NCBI GenBank assembly: GCA_041661265.1
Contig: JBAZUT010000004.1
Coordinates: 63,980-127,979 of the forward strand
Length of the DNA stretch: 64,000 bases
Reading direction: 5' to 3'
Source of the DNA: Minisyncoccota bacterium
GTDB taxonomy: Bacteria > Patescibacteriota > Minisyncoccia > JAHIHE01 > JAGLIN01
Part shown: positions 9,487 to 19,032 of the stretch, piece by piece
Layout: each line of letters starts with the position of its first letter
How positions within the stretch are numbered: the first letter of the stretch is position 1
Made by a program: the position numbers and the translations under genes
The notes under the pieces: generated by a model
Seen by the model: only the letters and a program-made list of their open reading frames with translations
Database searches by the model: none
Told to the model about the DNA's origin: nothing

Positions 9487-11901
9487 ATGAGTAAAAGAAA
9501 GAAAAATAGATATAGACAGGATGATATTGTTAACAATCCCAAAAGGGACTATACGAAATATTATCTCTTTATTATAAAGGCAGGGATCGTCGCTTGTCTT
9601 TTTTTGCCGTTGCTCGTTGTTCATTCCCATATGTTTGCAATGCAGGTAGGAAAGGTTCTAGTGTTCCGGACTATTATTGAAATAATAGCCTTTTTTTATA
9701 TTATTTTGATTATCAAAAAAGAGGAGTATCGTCCGAAATGGGGTTTGTTCGAGCTTTCAATCGCGGCATTTATAATGGTTTATCTATTGACTTCTTTAAC
9801 GGGTGTGAACTTTCTCAGGAGTTTTTGGGGAACAACTGAAAGAATGGGTGGGTTTTTCACAATGCTCCACTTCTGGGCATATTTTATGATCCTGATTAGC
9901 GTGTTTCGAACAAAAAAAGACTGGAAGATACTTTTTTCTGTTTCGATCTTTGTGGCGGTCATTTCGTCAATGTATGCGTTCGGGCAGAGCGCATTTTTTT
10001 GGAGAGATATTCTTCCATGGATAAAATCCGAAAATATCAATATATATACGGAAATAGCCAGATATGTTACGACTGATAATTTTGTCATCATCAATGACTG
10101 GAGAACTTTCGGTATGATCGGGAATGCAGGGCCCTTTGCGGGATATATTATGTTTAATGTCCTTCTGGGGTTGTATGTTATCAGTTCGGCAAGAAGCATT
10201 AAAAATAAATTCAGTGGCATTATCGCACTCTTGTTTCTATTTTCCGCTTTGTCTGGTGCAGGCACGAGAAGTGCATACATCGCAATTCTGGCGGGATTTG
10301 CCGTTTTATCGGTTATAAATGTCATTTTGTCCAAAAAAAAGAAGATGAGGATCGTTTCCGTCTTGTTCATTCTATTATTAATTATTGGAAGCGGAATTGT
10401 TTGGGCTAATAAGAAAGAGGATTGGGTCAAAAATAGTACTATACTTTCGAGGATGGTTAGTATATCTTTTGAAAATAATGAATCCAGGACTATGACGTGG
10501 GAATCATCCTGGAAAGGATTTGCCGATAGGCCCTTATTGGGAGCGGGGCCCGAGAATTATAATGTTGTTTTTAATAAGTATTTCAATCCTCTGCATTTCA
10601 CGGGATATGGTTCGACTTCTTGGTACGACAAGGCTCATAATATATTTCTTGATATTTTGACGACTATGGGAATTGTGGGACTGTTGAGCTATCTTGGCAT
10701 CTTTGCCATAATTTATTGGTTCTTGATCAAAAACAGGAGAAAAGCGCGGGAGAATCTGCCGGCATTTGCGCTGATCGCTTCGCTTCCCGTTGCTTATTTT
10801 GTCCAGAATATGTTCTGGTTCGATGACTTTTCAAGTTATCTGATGCTTTTCATGTTTTTCGCATTCGTGAGCAATTTTTTCAACCATGGACTTGGGTTTG
10901 AATATAGTGCCGAAAAGGGAAAGAAAGTTACGGATTTTATCCGGAGGAAATTATCTCTCAAGGCTTCTGCTGCGGGCGGCGATAGCGGGAATATCATTAT
11001 CGCGGTTGCGGGAATTGTTTTAATTTTTTCCACTTATTCTGCCAATTTCAAAGCTTGGAGATTCCATGATCTGACAACCGTTGCTGTCGGGGCAATCTCG
11101 CTTAATGCAGATGATTCATTTCTGTGGTACAAGGAAGCTATGAAAAATTCGACTTACCTTGGGAGGCAGGAGCTTTATAAGCGTTTTGGAAATTACGCCA
11201 ATGCGAAATATGTGCTTTCTGATCCGGGAGATCGGCGCAAGACGGAAGAATTCCAAGCCAATCTGAAGTTTGCCATATCCGAGATGGAAAATGCGGTAGC
11301 GGAAAACAAAGAAGACGTGCAATTCTATTCGCTTTTGGGTGCGCTCTATAACAAATATTACAGCAATTTCAGGGAGCCGGAATATATAGACAAAGCCGAA
11401 AAGACTTTGCAAAGGGCGGTTGAGCTCAGTCCTGAGCGCGAGACTGTGTATTATGAATATGGCCAGGCTATGGTTTTCAAAAAAGATTACAAGAAAGCAA
11501 TCGAGTTATTTAAGAAGGGGGTTGACCTGAACCCTCCTGTTCCCATCTCGCATTGGTATCTTGGAATGGCTTATCTTAATGCAAAGGAATATGGTTTGGC
11601 GGATTCTGAGATCAGTGAGGCGATCAAGCTGGGGTATGGATATAAAACGATCAAAGATTTGCTCAGTATCACTCCGATCTATATCGAACTCAAGGACTAT
11701 CAAAGACTTGAGAAGATATATCTGGATGTTTTGGAACTTGATCAAAATAATCCTGAAATCTATGTATCTCTGGCGTTGGTCTATAGAGAGCTTGGTGACA
11801 AAACCGGTGCGATCAAGATGGCGGAAAAGGCTATATCTTTGGACGAATCATTCAGGGTTGAAGGGGAGAAATTTATTGATGAATTGGAAGGTGGGAAGTA
11901 G
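9487..11901 (+). CDS. Wzy_C/O-antigen-ligase-family polytopic membrane protein with C-terminal TPR repeats; candidate O-oligosaccharyltransferase (PglL/PilO-type) or O-antigen polymerase/ligase.
   Basis: 804 aa. About 12 TM segments with a large loop carrying the ligase-family signature (GAGTRSAYIAILAG, AHNIFLDILTTMGIVG) and a soluble C-terminal ~300 aa of TPR-like repeats. Confidence 0.75.
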   Translation: MSKRKKNRYRQDDIVNNPKRDYTKYYLFIIKAGIVACLFLPLLVVHSHMFAMQVGKVLVFRTIIEIIAFFYIILIIKKEEYRPKWGLFELSIAAFIMVYLLTSLTGVNFLRSFWGTTERMGGFFTMLHFWAYFMILISVFRTKKDWKILFSVSIFVAVISSMYAFGQSAFFWRDILPWIKSENINIYTEIARYVTTDNFVIINDWRTFGMIGNAGPFAGYIMFNVLLGLYVISSARSIKNKFSGIIALLFLFSALSGAGTRSAYIAILAGFAVLSVINVILSKKKKMRIVSVLFILLLIIGSGIVWANKKEDWVKNSTILSRMVSISFENNESRTMTWESSWKGFADRPLLGAGPENYNVVFNKYFNPLHFTGYGSTSWYDKAHNIFLDILTTMGIVGLLSYLGIFAIIYWFLIKNRRKARENLPAFALIASLPVAYFVQNMFWFDDFSSYLMLFMFFAFVSNFFNHGLGFEYSAEKGKKVTDFIRRKLSLKASAAGGDSGNIIIAVAGIVLIFSTYSANFKAWRFHDLTTVAVGAISLNADDSFLWYKEAMKNSTYLGRQELYKRFGNYANAKYVLSDPGDRRKTEEFQANLKFAISEMENAVAENKEDVQFYSLLGALYNKYYSNFREPEYIDKAEKTLQRAVELSPERETVYYEYGQAMVFKKDYKKAIELFKKGVDLNPPVPISHWYLGMAYLNAKEYGLADSEISEAIKLGYGYKTIKDLLSITPIYIELKDYQRLEKIYLDVLELDQNNPEIYVSLALVYRELGDKTGAIKMAEKAISLDESFRVEGEKFIDELEGGK

Positions 11902-11959
11902 AGAGTGGGTGGCGGTTAGTAGATTGTAAAGGGGGAAATCAATATATCTCCAAGTTCTC

Positions 11960-12080
11960 TAGAGAGGGGAACAAATTGTATATTGTAAATCGTTCCATTG
12001 CTGAGTTGTTATTGGTCAGAGGATCCGACCTCGTTGGCGAGGTGCGGACCTCTTCGTAAGGGAGTGCAGACCTCTTTGCG
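11960..12080 (+). repeat. Composite repeat, copy C (ATTGT-rich segment plus GC hairpin units).
   Basis: AAATTGTATATTGTAAATCGTTCCATTGCTGAGTTGTTATTGG then CAGAGGATCCGACCTCGTTGGCGAGGTGCGGACCTCT (12017-12053) and a degenerate second unit containing GTGCAGACCTCTTTGCG. A weak GAAGTAGAGAGT match extends into the ligase 3' end from about 11895. Confidence 0.6.
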
Positions 12081-12086
12081 ATAATT

Positions 12087-12115
12087 TCCGCCTTTACGGC
12101 GGGTTTATTTTGTGC
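12087..12115 (+). terminator. Candidate intrinsic terminator (CCGCC-tttac-GGCGG followed by a T-rich run).
   Basis: 5-bp GC stem plus gtttatttt, downstream of the ligase-family gene and repeat copy C. Confidence 0.4.
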
Positions 12116-12154
12116 TATAATTAAAATATCTCAGATAAAAGAAAACAAAAATAG

Positions 12155-13132
12155 ATGATCGGAGGCTTCAAAAACACATTTGGTTTTCAAAATTGCAAGG
12201 AATATAACTTGGGACTTTGGCAGTGCCCAACTTTTTTATTTGTCGTAATGGGCATAGTCAACATGTGCGCAATGGTTGGAGTGTATATTCTTGTCAGCAA
12301 CAACTATAATTCTCCGGAAATCATGGTGGGAAGCGTGAGCGGAGTGAGCATGCTGATATTCATACTTGGATCGTCGGTGATTACCGGGGTGGAGCAGATA
12401 GCAAAGGCGAATTATGCCAAGTCGGAATTCGTTTCGATCGCTTCGCACCAGCTCAAGGCGCCTCTTTCCGGCATGAGGTGGGCGACTGACGTGCTCCTCA
12501 GCAAGAAAGTTGGAGAAATAACCGGGAAGCAGGAGGAATATCTGAAGGACATTCAGGAGAATACATCGAGGATGATCAGGCTGGTGAACGATCTTTTGGA
12601 TGTTTCCAGGATAGATTCAGGAAGAATGAATATGAAAACCGAGCAGGTAAGTCTATGTGAGATTATCGAGGGGGTCATAAGAGAACTGGGTTCATTCGCT
12701 CTCGCGAACAATGTCCAGATTATATTCAAGCCGATGTCAAAGGCTTGTCTGATCAATACGAATCCTGTCCGTATCAAGATGGTTATACAGAATTTTATCG
12801 ACAATGCCATAAAGTATACAGGGAACAAGAGGGGTGTTGTCGAGATCATATTGAGAAACGAAGGAAAACAGATCTATTGCGCAGTAAAGGATAATGGAAT
12901 AGGAATTCCGGCCGAGGAAAGAAAGCACATTTTCGACAAATTCTTCCGAGGAAGCGGAATTGCGAAGACACAGACCATCGGGACGGGTCTTGGGCTATAT
13001 ATCGCAAAAGCGGCCATAGAAAGTTCCGGAGGGAAGATTGGATTTGATACGAAAGACGGCAAAGGAACCACATTTTGGTTTACGTATCCGGTGTGCGCGA
13101 AATGCGAGGATATCAAAAATAGTATCAAGTAG
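12155..13132 (+). CDS. Membrane-bound sensor histidine kinase (HisKA plus HATPase_c) with a minimal sensor.
   Basis: H-box SIASHQLKAPLSGMRW, N-box NAIKYT, G-boxes DNGIGIP and GTGLGLYIA; two N-terminal TM segments. The real start may be the internal Met at 12236. Confidence 0.85.
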   Translation: MIGGFKNTFGFQNCKEYNLGLWQCPTFLFVVMGIVNMCAMVGVYILVSNNYNSPEIMVGSVSGVSMLIFILGSSVITGVEQIAKANYAKSEFVSIASHQLKAPLSGMRWATDVLLSKKVGEITGKQEEYLKDIQENTSRMIRLVNDLLDVSRIDSGRMNMKTEQVSLCEIIEGVIRELGSFALANNVQIIFKPMSKACLINTNPVRIKMVIQNFIDNAIKYTGNKRGVVEIILRNEGKQIYCAVKDNGIGIPAEERKHIFDKFFRGSGIAKTQTIGTGLGLYIAKAAIESSGGKIGFDTKDGKGTTFWFTYPVCAKCEDIKNSIK

Positions 13133-13149
13133 CTAGTAGTAAGTATCAT

Positions 13150-13205
13150 GCTTAATACTCTCTACTTAATGCTTAATACTCTCTACTTAATACTTAATAT
13201 TTAAT
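13150..13205 (+). repeat. About 2.6 tandem copies of a 21-bp unit (GCTTAATACTCTCTACTTAAT) between the kinase stop and the regulator start.
   Basis: Two perfect copies at 13150-13170 and 13171-13191 plus a partial ACTTAATATTTAAT. Confidence 0.8.
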
Positions 13206-13209
13206 AAAC

Positions 13210-13590
13210 ATGGCAAAGAATAATAAAAAAATACTTGTAGTTGAAGATGAGGCGACACTTCAGAAAGCGCTCAATGACGTTCTTGTCGGAGAGGGGTTTG
13301 ATGTTGTGAGCGCGCTTGATGGAGAAAAAGGTTTTCAATTGGCAAAGGAGGAAAAGCCCGACATAATATTGCTCGATATAATTCTTCCCAAGATGGATGG
13401 TTTTGAAGTTCTTACCAATCTGAAAGCTACGGAAGAAACAAAAGAAATACCCGTGATAATTCTGACCAATCTCAGCGATCTTGAGAACATCCAGAAAGCT
13501 CTTGATCTTGGGGCGAATACATATCTCGTGAAGGCTGATTTCCATCTTGATGATGTGCTGAAGAAAGTTAAAGCGACGTTGAAGATGTAG
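13210..13590 (+). CDS. Single-domain response regulator (CheY-like receiver, no output domain).
   Basis: 126 aa. Acidic pocket VVEDE, phospho-acceptor in ILLDIILPKMDG, T at IILTNLS, K in TYLVKAD. Confidence 0.88.
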   Translation: MAKNNKKILVVEDEATLQKALNDVLVGEGFDVVSALDGEKGFQLAKEEKPDIILLDIILPKMDGFEVLTNLKATEETKEIPVIILTNLSDLENIQKALDLGANTYLVKADFHLDDVLKKVKATLKM

Positions 13591-13595
13591 GGAGA

Positions 13596-13750
13596 TAGTC
13601 TATCAAGTCAAAAGTCCATAAAGTTAAAAGTCCGTAAAGTCTATAAAGTCAAAAGTCAATCAAGTCGAAATCACTCATTCTTCTTTTTTGAGCAATTCCA
13701 GGCATATCTGTCATTGCGAGCCCTGTACTCGGGGCGCGGCAATCTCTGTG
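13596..13750 (+). repeat. Composite repeat, diverged copy D: AAAGTC/TAAAGT heptamer array followed by a GC-rich hairpin ending CTCTGTG.
   Basis: CAAGTCAAAAGTCCATAAAGTTAAAAGTCCGTAAAGTCTATAAAGTCAAAAGTC... then TGTCATTGCGAGCCCTGTACTCGGGGCGCGGCAATCTCTGTG, comparable to the ...GACCTCGCGGTCGAGGTGCAGAGCTCTGTG end of copy B. Confidence 0.5.
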
Positions 13751-13821
13751 TTTATGATGTAAGAATGATCTGTATTATTTTCTTAGCCGCAGTTTTGCCG
13801 TGTTATTATTAAATGGAATAA

Positions 13822-15615
13822 ATGAAAGTTGACGATCAACAGCTGAAAATATTTCTTATAGACACAAACCTTATTACTAAGGAAGATTTGGAAATTGCTC
13901 TGACCGAATCGAGGGATACGGGGACAAGTCTTGAGGATGTTGTTTTGAAGAAAAATCTGGTAACCGAGGAACAGCTGAACAAGCTCAAGGCTTATATCCT
14001 TGGGATACCTTATGTTGATCTGAAGAAAAGCGAAGTGGATCCGGATATCCTGAAGATCATACCCGAACAGGTCGCAAGGCAATATAATGCTGTTGCATTC
14101 GATAAACAGGGCAACCAACTGAAGGTTGCCATGACCGACCCGAATGATCTGCAATTCTTGGATTTTATAAGCAAAAAAACGAGCTATGAAATAATTCCCT
14201 GTCTGACGGACAGCGAGAGTATCAAAAAAGCGCTGAAACTTTTTCAGAAAAGCCTCAAAGCGGAATTCGGAGCCCTTGTGCAGGAAGTCGGTATCAAAGA
14301 GGGCGCGGAAGGAGAACCGCTGGTCATAAAGGCTGAGGGAGAGGCTGAAGGAGAAGGTATTGACCTGAAGAAGGCGGCGGAAGACCTTCCTGTCGTGAAG
14401 ATCGTAGATACGCTTCTGAAGCATGCGATCTTGCAGGGTGCAAGCGATATTCATATAGAACCTGAGGAGAATGATCTGGTTGTGAGATATAGGATCGACG
14501 GAGTTCTCCACGACGCCATGACGCTTCCCAAGATGGCTTTTGCGGGAATTGCGGCAAGGATAAAAGTCCTTTCGAATTTGAAGATAGACGAACACCGGCT
14601 TCCTCAGGACGGAAGATTTAAAGTTGAAACGAGCGATTACAGGGTGGCGTTCCGTGTTTCCATAATCCCTGTTTTTGACGGAGAGAAAATAGTTATGAGG
14701 CTTCTTGATGAATCGAGCGACAGAGTGCTGACCCTGGAGCAGATGGGTTTCAGAAAAAGAGATTTCGAAGTGGTGAAAAGGGGGGTGGAAAAACCAAATG
14801 GAATGATCCTTGTCGTAGGTCCGACAGGATCCGGAAAAACCACGACTCTGTATACGATCCTTGGAATGTTGAACACGCCGGATGTGAACATCAGCACGCT
14901 TGAGGATCCGATCGAATATAGGATGGCAAGAGTGAATCAATCCCAGATCAACGCCAAGATAAATTTCACTTTCGCGGCAGGCCTCCGGTCGCTACTCCGC
15001 CAGGATCCGGACATTATAATGGTGGGAGAGATCCGAGACAGGGAAACCGCCGAGCTTGCAGTTCATGCGGCCCTTACAGGACATCTCGTCCTTTCAACTC
15101 TCCATACCAGCAGCGCCGCGGGAACGCTTCCCCGGCTCACGGACATGGGAGTTGAATCGTTCATGCTCGCTTCGACCGCGAATATCATAGCATCCCAAAG
15201 GCTTGTGCGAAGAGTATGCCAGGACTGCAAGGGAGAGTTCAATATAGACAATGAGACATATGAAAGCTATTCCAAGTCTTTTGATACGGACCAGATCGCA
15301 GAATTATTAAAAAAGGAAAAGATCGTCAGCGGAAGCTTCAAGAACAACAAGGATCTGTGGCTTAGTATCAAATTTCAGAAGGGCAAGGGGTGCAACAAAT
15401 GCCGAAATGAGGGATATAGGGGAAGGGCCGGAATATATGAAGTTCTGGAAATAACCGAAAAAATAACCAAGCTTATCAATACGAATGCCACAAGCGACGA
15501 CATTGAGAATGAATCCAGAAAAGAAGGAATGACCACAATGATGGAAGACGGGCTGATCAAGGCTGTTATGGGAGTGACGACCATTGAAGAGGTTATGAGG
15601 GTTACGACGGAATAG
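13822..15615 (+). CDS. pilB: Type IV pilus assembly ATPase PilB (GspE family) with an N-terminal GSPII_E_N domain.
   Basis: 597 aa. Walker A GPTGSGKTTT, Asp box, His box, tetra-Cys motif CQDCK...CNKCRNEGYRGR and the N-terminal MshE/GspE-N-like region. Confidence 0.92.
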   Translation: MKVDDQQLKIFLIDTNLITKEDLEIALTESRDTGTSLEDVVLKKNLVTEEQLNKLKAYILGIPYVDLKKSEVDPDILKIIPEQVARQYNAVAFDKQGNQLKVAMTDPNDLQFLDFISKKTSYEIIPCLTDSESIKKALKLFQKSLKAEFGALVQEVGIKEGAEGEPLVIKAEGEAEGEGIDLKKAAEDLPVVKIVDTLLKHAILQGASDIHIEPEENDLVVRYRIDGVLHDAMTLPKMAFAGIAARIKVLSNLKIDEHRLPQDGRFKVETSDYRVAFRVSIIPVFDGEKIVMRLLDESSDRVLTLEQMGFRKRDFEVVKRGVEKPNGMILVVGPTGSGKTTTLYTILGMLNTPDVNISTLEDPIEYRMARVNQSQINAKINFTFAAGLRSLLRQDPDIIMVGEIRDRETAELAVHAALTGHLVLSTLHTSSAAGTLPRLTDMGVESFMLASTANIIASQRLVRRVCQDCKGEFNIDNETYESYSKSFDTDQIAELLKKEKIVSGSFKNNKDLWLSIKFQKGKGCNKCRNEGYRGRAGIYEVLEITEKITKLINTNATSDDIENESRKEGMTTMMEDGLIKAVMGVTTIEEVMRVTTE

Positions 15616-15729
15616 ATAAGCTTATCAGTTTGCAGCTTCTCGGCTATTTGAAGTATGGAGAAGCTCCGAGATGGAATGTTCGGATATATTTTTTATGAGT
15701 TAAACAGCTAAAAAGCTAAGAAGCTAATC

Positions 15730-16944
15730 ATGTCTCTATTATCCTACAAGGCGCGAACGATCAAGGGGGAGACGAAAAGCGGAAAATTGGTCGCAAAAGA
15801 CAAAAACGAACTGGCAAAAATGCTTCGGGCTCAGAATCTGATCCTGGTTTCAGTTGACGAAGAAAATAAGGGAGCCGGCATGCAGATCAAAATGCCTCAC
15901 TTCTTTCGGCGCGTCAAAGCAATGGACAGGATGCTTTTCACGAGGCATCTCGGGATCATGTTGAAGGCCGGACTTTCGTTTTCAAGGGCGCTGACTGTGC
16001 TTTCCGAGCAGACCGGAAATGCATATTTCAAAGAAGTGCTGGAAAAAGTGCAGGATGATGTGCAAAAAGGGAGCCAGCTCGGAGAGAGCCTTGAAAAACA
16101 TCCCAAAGCTTTTGATGAGCTTTTTGTGAACATGATAAAAGTCGGGGAAACCGGAGGCAACCTCGAAGAAGTTTTGGATCTTCTCTATGTTCAGATCAAG
16201 AAGAGCAATGAATTGACCTCAAGAGTGAAGGGCGCCATGATGTATCCGGCCGTGATCATATTCGCGATGTCCGTGGTGGGAGCTCTCATGATGACATTCG
16301 TTCTTCCTTCGATACTTTCGATCTTCCGCGATATGGATGTGCCGCTCCCGCTTCCGACCAAGATATTGATATTCATAAGCGATACCATTCAGAAGCACGG
16401 AGTATTGCTTCTTATCGGAATAATCGCTTTTTTCTCAATATTAATCTCGATTATCAGGACTCCAAGAGGAAAGAAGGGATTTGATTATATATTGCTCCGT
16501 TTGCCGACGATAAAAACGATAATAATGAAAATAAACATGGCCCGTTTCTGCAGGACGCTGAGTTCCATGATCGCCAGCGGTGTTTCGATCGTAAAGGCGC
16601 TTGAGATCGTTTCCAGAATATTGGGCAACACCTATTATAGGGAGGCTGTAGGCAAAGCTTCCGCCAGCGTTCAGAAGGGCACGACATTGAGCGAATTCTT
16701 TACGCAATATCCAAAACTATTCCATCCGATGATGGTTCATATGGTTGAAGTGGGAGAGGAGACAGGTACTCTCGAAGAAACCTTGAAGCAGGTTGCGGAG
16801 TTCTATGAAGAGGATGTAGAGCAGGTTACGGAGAATATGTCGGCTATAATAGAACCGATCCTTATGCTTGTGATAGGTGCCGCGGTCGGAGTTTTCGCGG
16901 TTGCGATCATTCAGCCGATGTATGGAATAATGGGGAAGATGTAG
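15730..16944 (+). CDS. pilC: Type IV pilus inner-membrane platform protein PilC (GspF family).
   Basis: 404 aa. Two T2SF repeats (each with GxxLxxAL, ExG/ETG and a GETGG-like motif) and three TM segments. Confidence 0.9.
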   Translation: MSLLSYKARTIKGETKSGKLVAKDKNELAKMLRAQNLILVSVDEENKGAGMQIKMPHFFRRVKAMDRMLFTRHLGIMLKAGLSFSRALTVLSEQTGNAYFKEVLEKVQDDVQKGSQLGESLEKHPKAFDELFVNMIKVGETGGNLEEVLDLLYVQIKKSNELTSRVKGAMMYPAVIIFAMSVVGALMMTFVLPSILSIFRDMDVPLPLPTKILIFISDTIQKHGVLLLIGIIAFFSILISIIRTPRGKKGFDYILLRLPTIKTIIMKINMARFCRTLSSMIASGVSIVKALEIVSRILGNTYYREAVGKASASVQKGTTLSEFFTQYPKLFHPMMVHMVEVGEETGTLEETLKQVAEFYEEDVEQVTENMSAIIEPILMLVIGAAVGVFAVAIIQPMYGIMGKM

Positions 16945-17049
16945 TGGAATAGTATAAAGTATTCAGTATTAAGTATAAAGCTAAATACTAAATACCAAAT
17001 TTCCAGATCAAGAGATAAAAAATTTAATTATATTTATCGCAATATTATC

Positions 17050-17937
17050 ATGTCTTACAGTTCAGTTAAATATAACCGTGGGTTCACATTGATCGAGTTG
17101 ATGATCACAATTGCGATCTTTTCGATAATTATAGGAGTTATGTTGCAACAGGGACGATCCATGAACACGACAGTGGAACTTGAGAATGCAAGCAGAAATA
17201 TAGATCTCAAAATAAAAACAGCAAAATCGAGGTCTATAGGCGCACTGAACAACACCAGCTATGGCGTGCATTTTGAAGCGTCCAAGGTCGTGATCTTCGA
17301 CGGATCGGGGTTGTATGTGGATGGAGCCGCATCGAACGAGGAGTTTATCTTGCCGACGGGCGTCGAGATTTACAGTATCAGCCTTGCGGGAGGCGGGACC
17401 GGATCGGATATTTTTTTTGAAAGACTTACGGGAAATACGGTTAATTTCGGAAGTGTTGTTCTGAGATCCGTCAGGGACACGACGAGGATGAAGACTATAT
17501 TCATAAATTCCAACGGACAGGACAGTTTTTCTTCTTTCAATATAAGCTCGGGGCCTGCCATAGCGAATGCGAGACACACTCATTTCAATCTAAACTGGGA
17601 TATAGGAAGTTCTTCGCAATTGATCTTGAAGTGGTATGACCTATCCAACAATCTGATACTGACCAAATCGATCAGTACGTCGGCATATTTCAATGCAGAT
17701 AAGTCAAGATTCAACTGGGAAAGTACGATAAGCGAAAGCGGAATAGATCAGACAATAACAATAAACAGCTGGCTGGACGCAAGCAATTATACAGTGCTTG
17801 ATGTCATAAGGCATAACACCGAGGCAGATAAGCTTGAAATATATTTTGATACGGAAAAAATCGCTACATATGCCAATATCGGAGGGGTGATAACCATTAC
17901 ACCCGGATCCAGCGTCATTTCGACAAATGAACTATGA
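17050..17937 (+). CDS. Prepilin-type protein (type IV pilin or minor pilin, class III signal peptide).
   Basis: N-terminal KYNRG|FTLIELMITIAIFSII with G-1 and Glu+5; 295 aa. Confidence 0.85.
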   Translation: MSYSSVKYNRGFTLIELMITIAIFSIIIGVMLQQGRSMNTTVELENASRNIDLKIKTAKSRSIGALNNTSYGVHFEASKVVIFDGSGLYVDGAASNEEFILPTGVEIYSISLAGGGTGSDIFFERLTGNTVNFGSVVLRSVRDTTRMKTIFINSNGQDSFSSFNISSGPAIANARHTHFNLNWDIGSSSQLILKWYDLSNNLILTKSISTSAYFNADKSRFNWESTISESGIDQTITINSWLDASNYTVLDVIRHNTEADKLEIYFDTEKIATYANIGGVITITPGSSVISTNEL

Positions 17938-17957
17938 TCGGAAATAATATCATATAA

Positions 17958-18467
17958 ATGAACAGCAATCAGCCAAATGGATATGGAATTATTGAAATAT
18001 TGGTCGCTTCGACCATAGGAGTGATCTTGTTTTTGAGCGTGAACGGTTTTCTGACCCTGTCGTTGAAAATGGCGATCGATGATATGCATAAGGTGGAAGC
18101 GATGAATCTCGTAAGGGCCACGCTTGAAGAGGCGAGGGCGGCGAGAGATGAGGATCAATCTACGCCCACTGTCGATCCCAAGCTCGGCTGGAATAATATC
18201 TATGCATTGACCCGGGATACGGCATATTATTTTGCGCAAAGCGGCACGGGACCCTATACATGGGGATCTGTTTCGGGTGCTCAGACAGTCGGCAGATATA
18301 CTGTCTGGTTCACGGTTTCGGATGTTACGAGAGCGAGCGATGGCGATATCGTAACCGGGGGGACGCTTGATCCCGGAACCGTAAAAATCACATCATATGT
18401 CAACTGGACATCATCTCGGGGTGCAGAGGAAATAAGTCTTTATGAATATCTTACAGACATAAAATAA
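17958..18467 (+). CDS. Minor pilin-like protein (PilV/PilW-like, non-canonical prepilin N-terminus).
   Basis: N-terminal NG|YGIIEILVASTIGVILFL, with Glu+5 if cleaved after the first Gly. 169 aa, between two pilin genes. Confidence 0.65.
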   Translation: MNSNQPNGYGIIEILVASTIGVILFLSVNGFLTLSLKMAIDDMHKVEAMNLVRATLEEARAARDEDQSTPTVDPKLGWNNIYALTRDTAYYFAQSGTGPYTWGSVSGAQTVGRYTVWFTVSDVTRASDGDIVTGGTLDPGTVKITSYVNWTSSRGAEEISLYEYLTDIK

Positions 18468-18473
18468 ACGATC

Positions 18474-19028
18474 ATGGCCGGAATAAAGGAAAACGATCCA
18501 ACACGAAAAAAAAACAGCTCGGGATTCACGCTTATCGAGATGGTTATTTATGTCGCTCTTTTCGGAATAATCATGGGGATGATATTCAACATGATATTGT
18601 TTGTCTATGGAATGAACAAAAGAATAACTTCCTATTCGAGCGTGACGGCGGACGCGCATTCGGCAATGGAGCGTATTGTATATGAAGTCACGAATTCCAA
18701 ATATTTCTATCTTCCTACCAGTAATTTCACTAATTATAATTATATTGCCGGAAAAAGCGGACAGCTTTCGATCGCAACGGAAAAATATGCCACTGTGGAC
18801 GACAGCATATCGTTCATGGATTTTTATGTTGAAGGCGGGACGCTTTTCTTGAATATGGACGGGTTTGATCCGGTGCCATTGACTTCGAGCAATGTCACAG
18901 TGTTCGATTTTGATCTCGATTATTTCAAAAATGGCCAGCGCGAATCGGTGAGGATCAGCCTCAAGGCGCGATCAGCGTCAGAGCCTACGATCATGATAGA
19001 TCTCATAAATACGGCTACTATAAGATAA
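18474..19028 (+). CDS. Prepilin-type minor pilin.
   Basis: NSSG|[16 protein letters not shown] with Glu+5; 184 aa. Confidence 0.85.
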   Translation: MAGIKENDPTRKKNSSGFTLIEMVIYVALFGIIMGMIFNMILFVYGMNKRITSYSSVTADAHSAMERIVYEVTNSKYFYLPTSNFTNYNYIAGKSGQLSIATEKYATVDDSISFMDFYVEGGTLFLNMDGFDPVPLTSSNVTVFDFDLDYFKNGQRESVRISLKARSASEPTIMIDLINTATIR

Positions 19029-19032
19029 AAAA

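Noticed and set aside
13783-14940. 385-aa - strand ORF antisense to pilB-1, and similarly 46825..47733 (+) antisense to pilB-2, 54108..55016 (-) antisense to the M42 peptidase and 62124..62825 (-) antisense to the ABC-F gene.
   Set aside because: All lie opposite genes with unambiguous conserved motifs and themselves lack any recognisable motif. They are treated as non-coding shadow frames.
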